64,000 nt of DNA from SAR202 cluster bacterium Io17-Chloro-G4 (GCA_002816455.1 MUCR01000006.1:11148-75147); one strand, 5' to 3'. Shown: positions 9,769-18,612, counted from the first letter of the stretch. Notes: generated by a model not told the origin, from the letters alone. Program-made: numbers and translations.

Positions 9769-10761
9769 CTACAGCATCTTCAACTGAAAGCCTGCGTCCA
9801 CGGTGCGTCCTCGGCTGTCGAGATGGACCGCCGGGTAACCCAATTGCCTCAAGTGGGCGGATAGTTCGGGGAAGCCGTTTACTGTGTAGACCTGTTTAGG
9901 AGCAACTTGGCCCACGTACTCCACCAATTCGTTGAAGTCTGCGTGGTCGCTGTAGGGTAGGCTGGAATCGGCCCGCCGTCCCCAAGGGCGGTCTTGGCCA
10001 ACAGCCCAACCGGTCAACTCCATGAACATCAGGCCTCGCTGGCCATCCAGCCCTATTTGGTTCTTTTTGCCCGGCGGGCTGATCAGGACTTGGCCTTCCG
10101 GCCAGCTTCCATCAAAACAACGGTAGCTCCCTGGAAATTCTACTCCGCCCTCTTCGTAAATGCGGGCTATGCGATAAACACTCTCTTCAGCAGCTACGTC
10201 AAAGCCCGCCCCCAAAAGCAAATGAATCAACTCTTGAGACTTTCCCAAGCGCCAAGCTTGAACCACCGGTCTGGCACCTCTGGTCAGCCATGAACGCAGA
10301 ATGTGGAAGGCATTGGCCATGACTTTATCTTGGGGTGGAAAGGTGTATTCGGGTCTGCCGTAGGTGGATTCCATTACCAGAATGTCGCAAGAGACGGGTT
10401 CTAGGGGTTCGTTGGTGGGGCTGGAACGGGGCTTGATGTCACCGGTATAGAGCAGTTTCACTCCCGTGGCCTTGGACTCCACCAGAGCTTGGGCCGATCC
10501 CAAGCAATGACCTGCCGGGTACAGGGTTAAGACGTAGTCTTTGGTTTCCAGTGGCTCGTGATAATCCAGGTAAACAAGCGCGGAACCGTCCAAGTAATCG
10601 GAAAGCAAACGTCCCGTGTTTCGAGTGAGGACGGGACGGGTATGGCGGGCCGTATGGTCGGAGTGGGCGTGGGAGATCAGCCCAAAGTCCCGGCGGCGGA
10701 GAGAGTCCAACCACAAATCTAGTTCAGGGAGGTATACTCCCCGCTTGAATGCTACGTCCAA
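9769..10761 (-). CDS. MBL-fold metallo-hydrolase (beta-CASP/RNA-processing-exonuclease-like)
   Basis: 330 aa. HxHxDH motif (ISHAHSDHTARH) near the N-terminus, later AGHCLGSA and YSDHADF motifs. Confidence 0.7.
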   Translation of the reverse strand: MDVAFKRGVYLPELDLWLDSLRRRDFGLISHAHSDHTARHTRPVLTRNTGRLLSDYLDGSALVYLDYHEPLETKDYVLTLYPAGHCLGSAQALVESKATGVKLLYTGDIKPRSSPTNEPLEPVSCDILVMESTYGRPEYTFPPQDKVMANAFHILRSWLTRGARPVVQAWRLGKSQELIHLLLGAGFDVAAEESVYRIARIYEEGGVEFPGSYRCFDGSWPEGQVLISPPGKKNQIGLDGQRGLMFMELTGWAVGQDRPWGRRADSSLPYSDHADFNELVEYVGQVAPKQVYTVNGFPELSAHLRQLGYPAVHLDSRGRTVDAGFQLKML

Positions 10762-11002
10762 AGTTTTCGGGCTTCCAAGCTTCTACGGCCTCAAGGGGAT
10801 GACTGGAACGTTTCGGAGTATATCACGGTGATGCCGCGCCATAGTTATGTAATGCAGTGTTTTTTTAGGCAGTCTATTACTGTTGCCATCGTAAGATAGG
10901 CTGGCCTGGGGTATAATCTGTCGGGTACAAACCAGATTGCTGGTTTGAGGATTGGTGTATCGAGACCAATGACACAAATAAGCCAACACCACAGGAGGAA
11001 AC

Positions 11003-11467
11003 ATGCCCGCTGAAGTCGGCGACATTGCGCCGGATTTTAAACTTCCATCAGTAGAACTAGGGGACATTAGTTTAAGCAGTTACCGGGGTGAAAAGACCGT
11101 TGTCCTGTCCTTCCACGTTTTTGATTTCACCGCTGGTTGAACCACAGCAGCAATGACGTTCCGGGGAGCCAATGACCGGTTCGTCGAGAAAAATGCCCAG
11201 GTTCTGGGCATAAGCTGCGACTCGGTTCACTCTCACAGAGCATGGTCCGCATCCATGGGCGGTCTGAACTACCCGGAGCTGTCCGACTTTCATCCAAAGG
11301 GCAAAGTTACCACCGAATACGGGCTTTGGAATGAAGAACGGGGAGCGGGCAGTAGGGCCGTGATCATCGTGGACAAAGAAGGCGTTATTCGCCACCGGCA
11401 GACCTACACGCCGGGTGTGTTGCCCGACGCCGAGCAAATATTGGGGATCGTGGACTCTCTATCCTAA
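11003..11467 (+). CDS. AhpE-like 1-Cys peroxiredoxin with in-frame TGA (codon 46, 11138-11140) at the peroxidatic-Cys position; candidate selenoprotein
   Basis: ATG at 11003 with SD AGGAGG (10993-10998). N-part is MPAEVGDIAPDFKLPS...YRGEKTVVLSFHVFDFTAG-TGA-TTAAMTFR, continuing in frame into the 104-aa tracked ORF 11153..11467. From memory, the alignment to M. tuberculosis AhpE (..VLLVFFPLAFTGICQGEL..LLSDFWPHG..) puts the TGA on the catalytic Cys. Confidence 0.6.
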
Positions 11468-11515
11468 TGCGTCAACTTAGTACTGCAACCCTCGATTCGA
11501 GACCTTAGAATCTGG

Positions 11516-11547
11516 CGGCCACGTTATTTTAAAATAAGGTGGCCGCT
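11516..11547. terminator. Long palindromic hairpin downstream of the peroxiredoxin gene (possible terminator)
   Basis: GCGGCCACgTTATTTT/AAAATAAgGTGGCCGC, a near-perfect 16-bp palindrome. No clear U-run. Confidence 0.4.
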
Positions 11548-11784
11548 GTCTTGTCCGGTCAGTCCTGTTTCAGTCCTGTTTAAGTTCCGGGCGGAGGATG
11601 TTGATTGTCGGGAGAGTTGGTTGCCGCGCTAATTTCTGCGCTCTTAAACATGGCCCTTTATTCCAGCCAACTCGCACTGTACTTTTGGGAACGGGGCCGG
11701 AGGTCCGGCCTGGGCAAAGAGCGGTTATTTGCCCCCTACTAGTACTACACCGGCAGCTTAGGCGACACCATCGGTCTCACCATA

Positions 11785-12138
11785 ATGTCAGTCGGTGTTG
11801 GCAACGCCTTCCTAGACGACTTGCGTTTTACCTCGTGGATGTCCTTGGCGCCGGCCCTTGGCCTAACGGTTTGCTGGGGTTATTACCGGTACTGCAGGTA
11901 TGCCGGGGTAAATGACTGGGGATTCAGCGGCGGTGCACTGACGATCGCAGGCCGGTTCCATTTGGTCTACATCTTCTTCGGGGTATCGGTGGCCGGCGCC
12001 GGGATTGGATTCCTAGCCAGCGGCAACTTTGATCCCTACCTGCTGGCGGCCGTTGCTGGCGGGATTTTCTACCTCCTGGCTTTTGCATTGGACCTACGGG
12101 CGGGCCACCACCAGACTCCCCAGAAATATAAGAGTTGA
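11785..12138 (+). CDS. Hypothetical small membrane protein
   Basis: 117 aa with hydrophobic segments (FHLVYIFFGVSVAGAGIGFLA, LLAAVAGGIFYLLAFAL). An upstream same-frame ORF from about 11605 is separated only by a TAG at 11740. Confidence 0.4.
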   Translation: MSVGVGNAFLDDLRFTSWMSLAPALGLTVCWGYYRYCRYAGVNDWGFSGGALTIAGRFHLVYIFFGVSVAGAGIGFLASGNFDPYLLAAVAGGIFYLLAFALDLRAGHHQTPQKYKS

Positions 12139-12222
12139 GGTTCACTGCGGAGCGCATCCACCCGGAATTTTCCAAAAAATAAACGACCGTTTTACGGGCC
12201 GTTTACTGTATCGAAAAATTCT

Positions 12223-12318
12223 GTCGCTGCTGGGCCGGGGAATAAGGACCTATCTATCCTACTTTTTCATCAGTCGCTGCTGGGCCGGGAAATAGGGTCC
12301 ATCTAGCCTACTTTTTCA
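12223..12318. repeat. Tandem direct duplication (about 50-bp period) spanning the 3' end of the GreA-like gene
   Basis: gtcgctgctgggccggggaataaggacctatctatcctactttttca (12223-12269) and gtcgctgctgggccgggaaatagggtccatctagcctactttttca (12273-12318). Confidence 0.7.
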
Positions 12319-13112
12319 ACCGAGTAGCGGAGAGTACCTTTGGGGACATTGATAACGACTTGGTCGCCGACTCCCCGGTCGAGAAGGGCCTGGCCCACCG
12401 GTGAGGTGGTGGAGATCTTGCCGGACGGGGCGTCCGCTTCTCTCACGTCCACCAGCAGATAAACCACCTTCTTGCCGGAATCTGTGTCCCTAAGTGTCAC
12501 CTTGGCTCCTACGCCGGTGCGCTTGCTGGCTTTCTTGCCTTTACCCAGAATTTCAGCGTTTGAGAGGCTAGCCTCTAGTTCCCGGATTCTGGACTCAATA
12601 ATTCCTTGGCGTTCCTTGGCAGCATCCAGAGGTGCGTTTTCCCGAAAGTCTTTGTCTTCCATCGCTAATTTAATGTCTTCTACCACGCCGACCCTTTCAC
12701 CCTTCAGGAGCTCCACTTGAGCCACTAGCCGGTCGTACCCTTCTTGGCTCAGTTGGGTGCTGGCTCTGGTTACGGTGATTTTGCCGCCACCGGCGCCGCG
12801 ACGGCCTCGAGGGAGCCGCAGATGGGCTGCCAAACCGTTTTGGATCCAACCTTCATCTTTCCAGTAACCGAGGAAAGTTTTGACCGGGCTTAGCCTGGAG
12901 ACGGACTCTAATCCGCCTAGGCCAATGTGCTGGGCGTATTCAGCCACTTGGGCCGGGGTAACTTCAATGACATTTCTTTCCCTCCCGCACCAGGCGACAA
13001 ACCGGCCCACTTCCGAATGATCTAGCACCGCGCCTTTGCCGTTTTTCTTGGCCGACATAAACTTGGTTAAAGCTTCCGAAAGAGAAGGACCGGCTTGAAT
13101 CGTCAAATCCAT
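12303..13112 (-). CDS. GreA/GreB-family transcription elongation factor with N-terminal extra domain
   Basis: 269 aa. The C-terminal approximately 160 aa have a coiled coil plus a GreA C-terminal domain (VGAKVTL.D..SGKKVVYLLV...EAD...GKIS..SPVGQALL...VGD.V.V..P.G...Y.V..V). The N-terminal approximately 105 aa are not GreA-like. Confidence 0.75.
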   Translation of the reverse strand: MDLTIQAGPSLSEALTKFMSAKKNGKGAVLDHSEVGRFVAWCGRERNVIEVTPAQVAEYAQHIGLGGLESVSRLSPVKTFLGYWKDEGWIQNGLAAHLRLPRGRRGAGGGKITVTRASTQLSQEGYDRLVAQVELLKGERVGVVEDIKLAMEDKDFRENAPLDAAKERQGIIESRIRELEASLSNAEILGKGKKASKRTGVGAKVTLRDTDSGKKVVYLLVDVREADAPSGKISTTSPVGQALLDRGVGDQVVINVPKGTLRYSVEKVG

Positions 13113-13516
13113 TACCTCCAGAGGCTAGAACGCGAGCGAAGGAGTTTTCGTTACGCGTTTCCGCTTCCAATTTCTTCTTTTGTAACGATTGTCCCCACCT
13201 GCCCACCATGCCTCTTCGGATGATCCAACTCAAGAATTGACACCCGCCCAACCTTGGGGATAACCTCGATTATCATAGCAGTTTCCACGTAGGATAGCAA
13301 TCTAAACTGGTTGTTTTTACTGCTGTCGATCAAGCCGAAAACGAGGACCCTTCCATCCCTTTTGATCGGGCCCCTACCTGACTTCGGAGTTATGGGTGTA
13401 TACTACCGCCCGATATATCAACCGGATTATCAATCAGAAATTCGGCCAATAATCAGACCCAAAACAAACAGTTCTGTGGGAGCTTTGAACCAGAGCGGCG
13501 AAAAGGAGCAGGCACC

Positions 13517-14485
13517 ATGAAAGTAGTCCAAATCGACAATCACGGCGGACCGGAAGCCTTGCAATACCGGGATGCCCCAGACCCCACTCCGGGCAACGGA
13601 GAAGCGGTGGTAGACGTTCAAGCCGTGGGTGTTAACTTCACCGACACTTATAGCCGGGCTGGGGTCAATCCAGTGGCCAGCCTTCCTTGGACCGCCGGTG
13701 TTGAAGCAGCGGGGGTGGTCCGCTCGGTAGGCCCCGGAGTGACCGAGGTAAGCGCCGGAGATGAGGTCGCGTTTTGCACCGTCCCCGGAACATACGCTGA
13801 GCAAGTTTTGGCCCCGGCCTGGAGGCTTGTCAAGCGGCCTGCCGGACTGGACGCCAAGGCGGGCGCGGCGGCAATCCTCCAGGGAATGACCGCCCACTAT
13901 CTGTGCCACTCCACCTATGCGGTGCAAAAGGGCGACAAAGTGCTGGTTCACGCTGGCGCCGGCGGCACCGGCTTGCTCCTGACCCAGATGGTCAAAAAGC
14001 TGGGCGGCCACGTTTTCTCTACGGTGTCGACCGAGGAGAAGGCCGAGCTTTCCCGGGGGGCCGGGGCGGACCAAGTCATTATTTACACCCAGCAGGACTT
14101 CGCCGAGGAAATCAAAAAAGCCACCGGCGGCGAAGGCGTACAAGTGGTCTACGATTCGGTGGGAAAAACAACCTTCGACCAGAGCCTTGCCAGCTTGGGG
14201 CGACGGGGTCACTTGGTACTGTACGGAGCAGCCAGCGGTCCTCCGGCAGATATGAATCCGGGGGTTTTGGGCCGCGGCTCTCTGTCCTTGACCCGCCCCG
14301 GCCTCGGGGATTACACCACCAACAGGGAAGAGTTGGAGCAACGCTCGGGCGACGTGTTGGGCTGGGTCAAGTCCGGGGAGCTCAAGCTACGAGTAGAGCA
14401 CATTTTCTCATTATCCGATGCGGCGGAAGCTCACCGGCAGTTGGAAGGACGGGCGACCACGGGAAAACTCCTGCTCATCCCGTAA
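13517..14485 (+). CDS. qor: NADPH:quinone oxidoreductase (zeta-crystallin-type MDR)
   Basis: 322 aa. GVNF.D.Y.R.G, VLVHAGAGGTGLLLTQM, and the C-terminal H..LE.RATTGKLLL typical of Qor. Confidence 0.85.
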   Translation: MKVVQIDNHGGPEALQYRDAPDPTPGNGEAVVDVQAVGVNFTDTYSRAGVNPVASLPWTAGVEAAGVVRSVGPGVTEVSAGDEVAFCTVPGTYAEQVLAPAWRLVKRPAGLDAKAGAAAILQGMTAHYLCHSTYAVQKGDKVLVHAGAGGTGLLLTQMVKKLGGHVFSTVSTEEKAELSRGAGADQVIIYTQQDFAEEIKKATGGEGVQVVYDSVGKTTFDQSLASLGRRGHLVLYGAASGPPADMNPGVLGRGSLSLTRPGLGDYTTNREELEQRSGDVLGWVKSGELKLRVEHIFSLSDAAEAHRQLEGRATTGKLLLIP

Positions 14486-14520
14486 GCGCTTCGGACGCAT
14501 TGTTGCTGGGAACATAATTG

Positions 14521-14550
14521 TTGACCTAATCGGTCAACTTTCTATATAAT
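14521..14550 (+). promoter_or_regulatory. Candidate sigma-70-type promoter
   Basis: TTGACC (14521-14526), 16-18-nt spacer, TATATAAT (14543-14550), upstream of the DUF59-mrp pair. Confidence 0.45.
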
Positions 14551-14582
14551 ATTTGGTCTAGGCAGAATCACAGGAGGCCGGA

Positions 14583-14894
14583 ATGACAGAGGCAACCCTG
14601 ACCAAGGAAACAGTTACCGAAGCCCTGAAAACCGTTTACGATCCGGAAATTCCCGTGAATATCGTTGACTTGGGGCTGGTATACGATGTTCAAGTCAATG
14701 ACGAAGGCGCAATTTACGTCCAGATGACGCTAACGTTCCCGGGCTGCGGTATGGGACCTTTCATAGCTCAGCAGGCAGAATGGGCGGTGCAGGACTTGGA
14801 TGGCGCAGGTGAAGTGGAAATAGAGATGGTGTTCGATCCTCCGTGGACGCCTGAGCTGATTAGTGAAGAAGCCAGATCCCAGTTGGGCATTTAA
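14583..14894 (+). CDS. DUF59/SufT-like metal-sulfur cluster assembly factor
   Basis: 103 aa. V.EALK.VYDPEIPVNIVDLGLVY...V.MTLT.PGCGMG pattern. Confidence 0.8.
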   Translation: MTEATLTKETVTEALKTVYDPEIPVNIVDLGLVYDVQVNDEGAIYVQMTLTFPGCGMGPFIAQQAEWAVQDLDGAGEVEIEMVFDPPWTPELISEEARSQLGI

Positions 14895-14906
14895 CGGTTT
14901 CATAAC

Positions 14907-15731
14907 ATGGCGACTCCTCCCGAAAAAACCGGCCCTGAAAACGCTCGCTTAGAGCAGATTAAGCGTTCCTGGCAGCAGAAGCGCCAGATCACGGACCGAC
15001 TGGCCGACGTGCAAACCAAAATCGGCATCTACAGCGGCAAGGGCGGTGTGGGCAAGACCACCGTTTCAGTTAATCTGGCTGTCACCCTGGCGAAGGAAGG
15101 CAAGAAGGTGGGGCTGCTGGATGTGGATATCGATTGCCCCAACGTCACCAAAGTATTGGGCATTTCCGACAAGCCGGACTACGTGGACGGCCAGATTATT
15201 CCCGCGGAAAAATGGGGCGTTAAAGTAGTCTCCATGGCCTTCTTTCAGGAGAAGGAAGAAGAGGCGATCATCTGGCGCGGTCCCATGATCCATAACGCAA
15301 TAAATCAGTTCCTGCAAGTAACCCAATGGGGAGAACTGGACTACTTGCTTGTGGACCTCCCTCCCGGCACTTCCGACTCCCCACTCACCGTCATGCAAAC
15401 CTTGCCCATGGACGGTTTCGTGGTGGTCAGCACCCCTCAGGAACTGGCCAACATTGACGCCAAGCGCTGCATCAACATGATCCGCAAACTCAACCTGAAT
15501 GTGCTGGGCGTGGTGGAAAACTACGCTGGTGAAATATTCGGTGAGGGCGCCGGTAAAGACCTGGCCGAAGACGTCGACGCTCCGTTTTTGGGTTCAATGG
15601 CTCTCCGGGCCAGTTACCGTGACTCATCAAAGCCGACGGCGTTGGCAGACCCGGATGTCGGAGAAGAGTACATCACCTTGGCCGATGGTATGCGGAAAAG
15701 CCTGAAGGAATTCGGGAGAGCCGCAGCCTAG
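14907..15731 (+). CDS. Mrp/NBP35 (ApbC) family Fe-S cluster carrier ATPase
   Basis: 274 aa. Deviant Walker A SGKGGVGKTTVSVNLA, DLPPGTSD, and a position after the DUF59 gene. Confidence 0.9.
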   Translation: MATPPEKTGPENARLEQIKRSWQQKRQITDRLADVQTKIGIYSGKGGVGKTTVSVNLAVTLAKEGKKVGLLDVDIDCPNVTKVLGISDKPDYVDGQIIPAEKWGVKVVSMAFFQEKEEEAIIWRGPMIHNAINQFLQVTQWGELDYLLVDLPPGTSDSPLTVMQTLPMDGFVVVSTPQELANIDAKRCINMIRKLNLNVLGVVENYAGEIFGEGAGKDLAEDVDAPFLGSMALRASYRDSSKPTALADPDVGEEYITLADGMRKSLKEFGRAAA

Positions 15732-15782
15732 GTTGAGTTCAACCTGGCCTTGGACATGATCGACGGCTCCAAATCCCATCCG

Positions 15783-16015
15783 CCGACAAGCTCTGAGCGG
15801 TAACTGAGATCTTGGTCCGTTCGTGGTGAGCCCGTCGAACCACCGCCTACTTAATTACCCAATCATGGCGACCTCGTCGGACCACTCGCTTGTTGAATGA
15901 ACCGCTCATGGTGGCTGGTCGATTCGCACCAAACCTACTTTAATCTATAGATCCTTCGACAAGCTCAGGACGAACGGAAGTTATATTTTCGCTCATGGTG
16001 AGCCTGTCGAACCAA
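15783..16015. repeat. Intergenic palindromic repeat units, family A (TTCGACAAGCTCAGGACGAACGG / CGCTCATGGTGAGCCTGTCGAACCA)
   Basis: Two full hairpin-forming units (15783-15845, 15952-16015) and one degenerate unit lie between convergent genes. Confidence 0.75.
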
Positions 16016-16030
16016 CTGCTTTAACAGCCG

Positions 16031-17926
16031 CTAAGAATCGTCCCCCGACACAACCCCTGACTTAGACGTCCCCGCTGGCGCATGACCGTTTACACTATCT
16101 GGCGACCCGTTGACTTCTACTGCAGCGCCTTGAGCCGCCTCCACTATTTGGCTCCTCACCAGTCGGCCGCTACGCTCCCCCTCCGACGTGATGTTCATCA
16201 ACAGCTCTACTTCCAAACTCATTGCCTCTTGGGAATAGGCCGTCTGTTCCCCCATGCGGCGGAACTTTTGGTAGCGCCGTTTCAACAGCTTGCCGGGGGA
16301 TAGTTTGGCCAACTCGCCGATTTCCTGGGCAACCGCCAACTGCATTGTGGCTGCAGCTTCTCTGGGATTAGTATGAGAGCCCCCTTCCGGCTCGGGAATA
16401 ATTAAGTCACCAACGCCCAACTCCAAGCAATCTTGGGCCGTTAGCATTAGCGCTTGGGCCGCCTCCCGGTCCAGCATGTGGTCTGGAAACGGACCGCCCA
16501 AGTGATGATTCAGCGAAATGGGAGAATAAATCGAGTATTGCTGCAATAGAATCCGGTCTGACAATCCCAACGCCAGGGCACCCTCGCTGCCACCTTCGCC
16601 GATTATTACGGAGACGATTGGGACGGGGGCCTCCATCATCAAGGAAAGCGTCGTCGCAATTGCGTTTCCGATTCCCTGCTCCTCCGCTTCCAGTCCCGGA
16701 TGTGCGCCCTGGGTGTCGATCAGGGTCACCAGTGGCAATTTGAAACGTGCGGCCAAGGTAATAAGCCTTTGGGCTTTGCGCAGCCCGTCGGGATAAATGT
16801 GGTAGCGCTCACCCTCAAGAGGGGGACGCCGTTGTTGACCGATTATCACCACCGGCTCTCCAAATAGGAAGCCGACGCCCCCAACGACGGAGCGGTCATC
16901 GCTGCTTAAACGGTCTCCCCTTAATTCAATGAACGGGTCCAACATAGACCGGATATAAGCCATCGCCAGGGGTCGCTCGGCGTGACGGGCAATGGTGACC
17001 GACTCCCACACATCGGCTTCCTGAAGGGGCTCAATTTCGGTCTTGAGCATCTCTTTGAATTCCCCATCATCCGACTTTTGGGCCGTGAGAATCCGCAACA
17101 GGGTGGACAAACGGCTTTGCAACGCCTCTCTGTCCACAACGTTGTCCAACAACCCATGGCTAAGGTGGGCCTCAGCTGTGTGTGCGTCCAAGGGCAAAGG
17201 CCGGTCCGACGCTTCCTTTAGAGCGCGCAAGGACGCAAGACCGATTAACGAACCGGGCTCGGCCAGAATGATGTCGGCCAAGTTGGCGAAGCTGGCGTAA
17301 GCCTGGCCCGTCGATGGGTTGGCGAGTACTACGATGAAGGGGGCCTGTTCTTCTCGGAGCCGGTTGGCCGCCGTCACGGTTTTGGCCATCTGCATCAGTG
17401 ACAGAACGCCTTCTTGTGTGCGGGCGCCACCGCCCGAAACCAAGGCGATTACCGGCAGGCCTCTCCTGGCAGCATTCTCCAAAGCGGTGGCGATTTTTTC
17501 GCCCACAACGCTGCCCATGCTGCCTCCCATGAAGCCGAAATCCAGCACAACCAGCATTACGTCATTACCATCAATCTGGCACCGGCCGGTGACTACGGCT
17601 TCCGTCAGGCCAGTCCGGTTTTGGTCTTGGGTCAGCAAGTTACGGTAGCGCCCTCTCCTGGAAAAGGAAATGGGGGCTATAGAGCTGAGGTACTTGTGGG
17701 ATTCCTTGAACGAGCCTTTGTCCGCCAAAAGTTCGATTCGCTCTCTGGCGGTGAGGCTGTAATGAAAGCGGCAAAATGGGCAAACGCGGTAGGTCAGGTA
17801 GGCTGTGGACTCGCCGATTGGCTCCTCACACAACAAGCAACGGTCATGGACGATCGAGATATAAACCTTCTCGGAGTCTCCATCCCGCCGAAATAGGTGA
17901 ACCAAAAAACTGGATAAGTTCCTCAA
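16031..17926 (-). CDS. Acetyl-CoA carboxylase carboxyltransferase, fused beta (AccD) and alpha (AccA) subunits
   Basis: 631 aa. N-terminal Zn-ribbon C..C....C.FC and an AccD-like half, then an AccA-like half (..RHAERPLAMAYI...GDR...DD.S.VGG...). Single uninterrupted ORF. Confidence 0.85.
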   Translation of the reverse strand: MRNLSSFLVHLFRRDGDSEKVYISIVHDRCLLCEEPIGESTAYLTYRVCPFCRFHYSLTARERIELLADKGSFKESHKYLSSIAPISFSRRGRYRNLLTQDQNRTGLTEAVVTGRCQIDGNDVMLVVLDFGFMGGSMGSVVGEKIATALENAARRGLPVIALVSGGGARTQEGVLSLMQMAKTVTAANRLREEQAPFIVVLANPSTGQAYASFANLADIILAEPGSLIGLASLRALKEASDRPLPLDAHTAEAHLSHGLLDNVVDREALQSRLSTLLRILTAQKSDDGEFKEMLKTEIEPLQEADVWESVTIARHAERPLAMAYIRSMLDPFIELRGDRLSSDDRSVVGGVGFLFGEPVVIIGQQRRPPLEGERYHIYPDGLRKAQRLITLAARFKLPLVTLIDTQGAHPGLEAEEQGIGNAIATTLSLMMEAPVPIVSVIIGEGGSEGALALGLSDRILLQQYSIYSPISLNHHLGGPFPDHMLDREAAQALMLTAQDCLELGVGDLIIPEPEGGSHTNPREAAATMQLAVAQEIGELAKLSPGKLLKRRYQKFRRMGEQTAYSQEAMSLEVELLMNITSEGERSGRLVRSQIVEAAQGAAVEVNGSPDSVNGHAPAGTSKSGVVSGDDS

Positions 17927-18228
17927 TTATGCCACTCCACCTCAAGCGGCGGCGGCACTCGCGGTGCGCTACGGCGTCTGCGCCAGCCCGGCCACTGCTT
18001 CTATGATACAACGATGGACCTGGAATTTAAATGTGCGGATGGCGGCCGTCTTGCTCCCTTGGGCGCTATTAGATATCGGCAAATATTGGGGATCCGGTTT
18101 TCGTTTCAGGCAAACGCTGGCTTTCTCCGCCACCCTGTTTTAAACTCTCGCGTGTTACGGGCGTATTACCGGAGTATTACCAGCTTTAGAATCCAGTTAT
18201 CCACAATAGCCAAGCTAGGGGGGCTTAT

Positions 18229-18411
18229 ATGTCCATCTCACATGAAACCCTGAAAGCGATGATTCGAGATTATAATGGCTTTGATTTATCCGATGAGGAA
18301 CTGGAACTCGTGCGCCCGGAATTGGAATATTACCTTGACGAACTTAGAAGATTGGATGCGCTAGATTTGTCCGACGCTTTTTCCAGCCGACTGCTCCGTC
18401 TGCCGGAGTAG
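18229..18411 (+). CDS. GatC/AtzG-like small subunit (hypothetical)
   Basis: 60 aa, acidic. The L.L.DEELELV...L...LD.L..LD pattern resembles GatC and the AtzG partner of AtzE amidases. Lies upstream of an amidase-signature gene. Confidence 0.4.
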   Translation: MSISHETLKAMIRDYNGFDLSDEELELVRPELEYYLDELRRLDALDLSDAFSSRLLRLPE

Positions 18412-18470
18412 TGCTTCGTACCTGCAACCAACGCAATCATGGCAACAAAGACCTTTCGTGGCTACCAAAA

Positions 18471-18522
18471 CCGTTGGTGGTGAGCCCTTCGGCGCCGCTC
18501 AGGACAGGCCTGTCGAACCATC
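18471..18522. repeat. Family A repeat unit
   Basis: ccgttggtggtgagcccttcggcgccgctcaggacaggcctgtcgaaccatc, inserted between the small GatC-like ORF and the amidase gene. Confidence 0.7.
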
Positions 18523-18612
18523 GGCACATCACCTCTGAACGGATTTAACGAAAACGAAGGATTCTAACCCGGATCACTCTACCTGTGTAGATTTCATTAG
18601 GAGGGAAATATC

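Noticed and set aside
9534-9899. 121-aa ORF translating as ...SPLIPLYKGGE...PPFVKEGWEDF...PPFVKERWEDL.
   Set aside because: It is a read-through of the family E repeat cluster and the antisense 3' end of the MBL gene. The internal peptide repeats merely mirror the DNA repeats.
12790-13112. Integrase or prophage remnant suggested by the SAM-like N-terminal domain of the GreA-like protein.
   Set aside because: There is no catalytic tyrosine-recombinase domain, no att-like repeats or phage genes nearby, and the domain is fused in frame to GreA.
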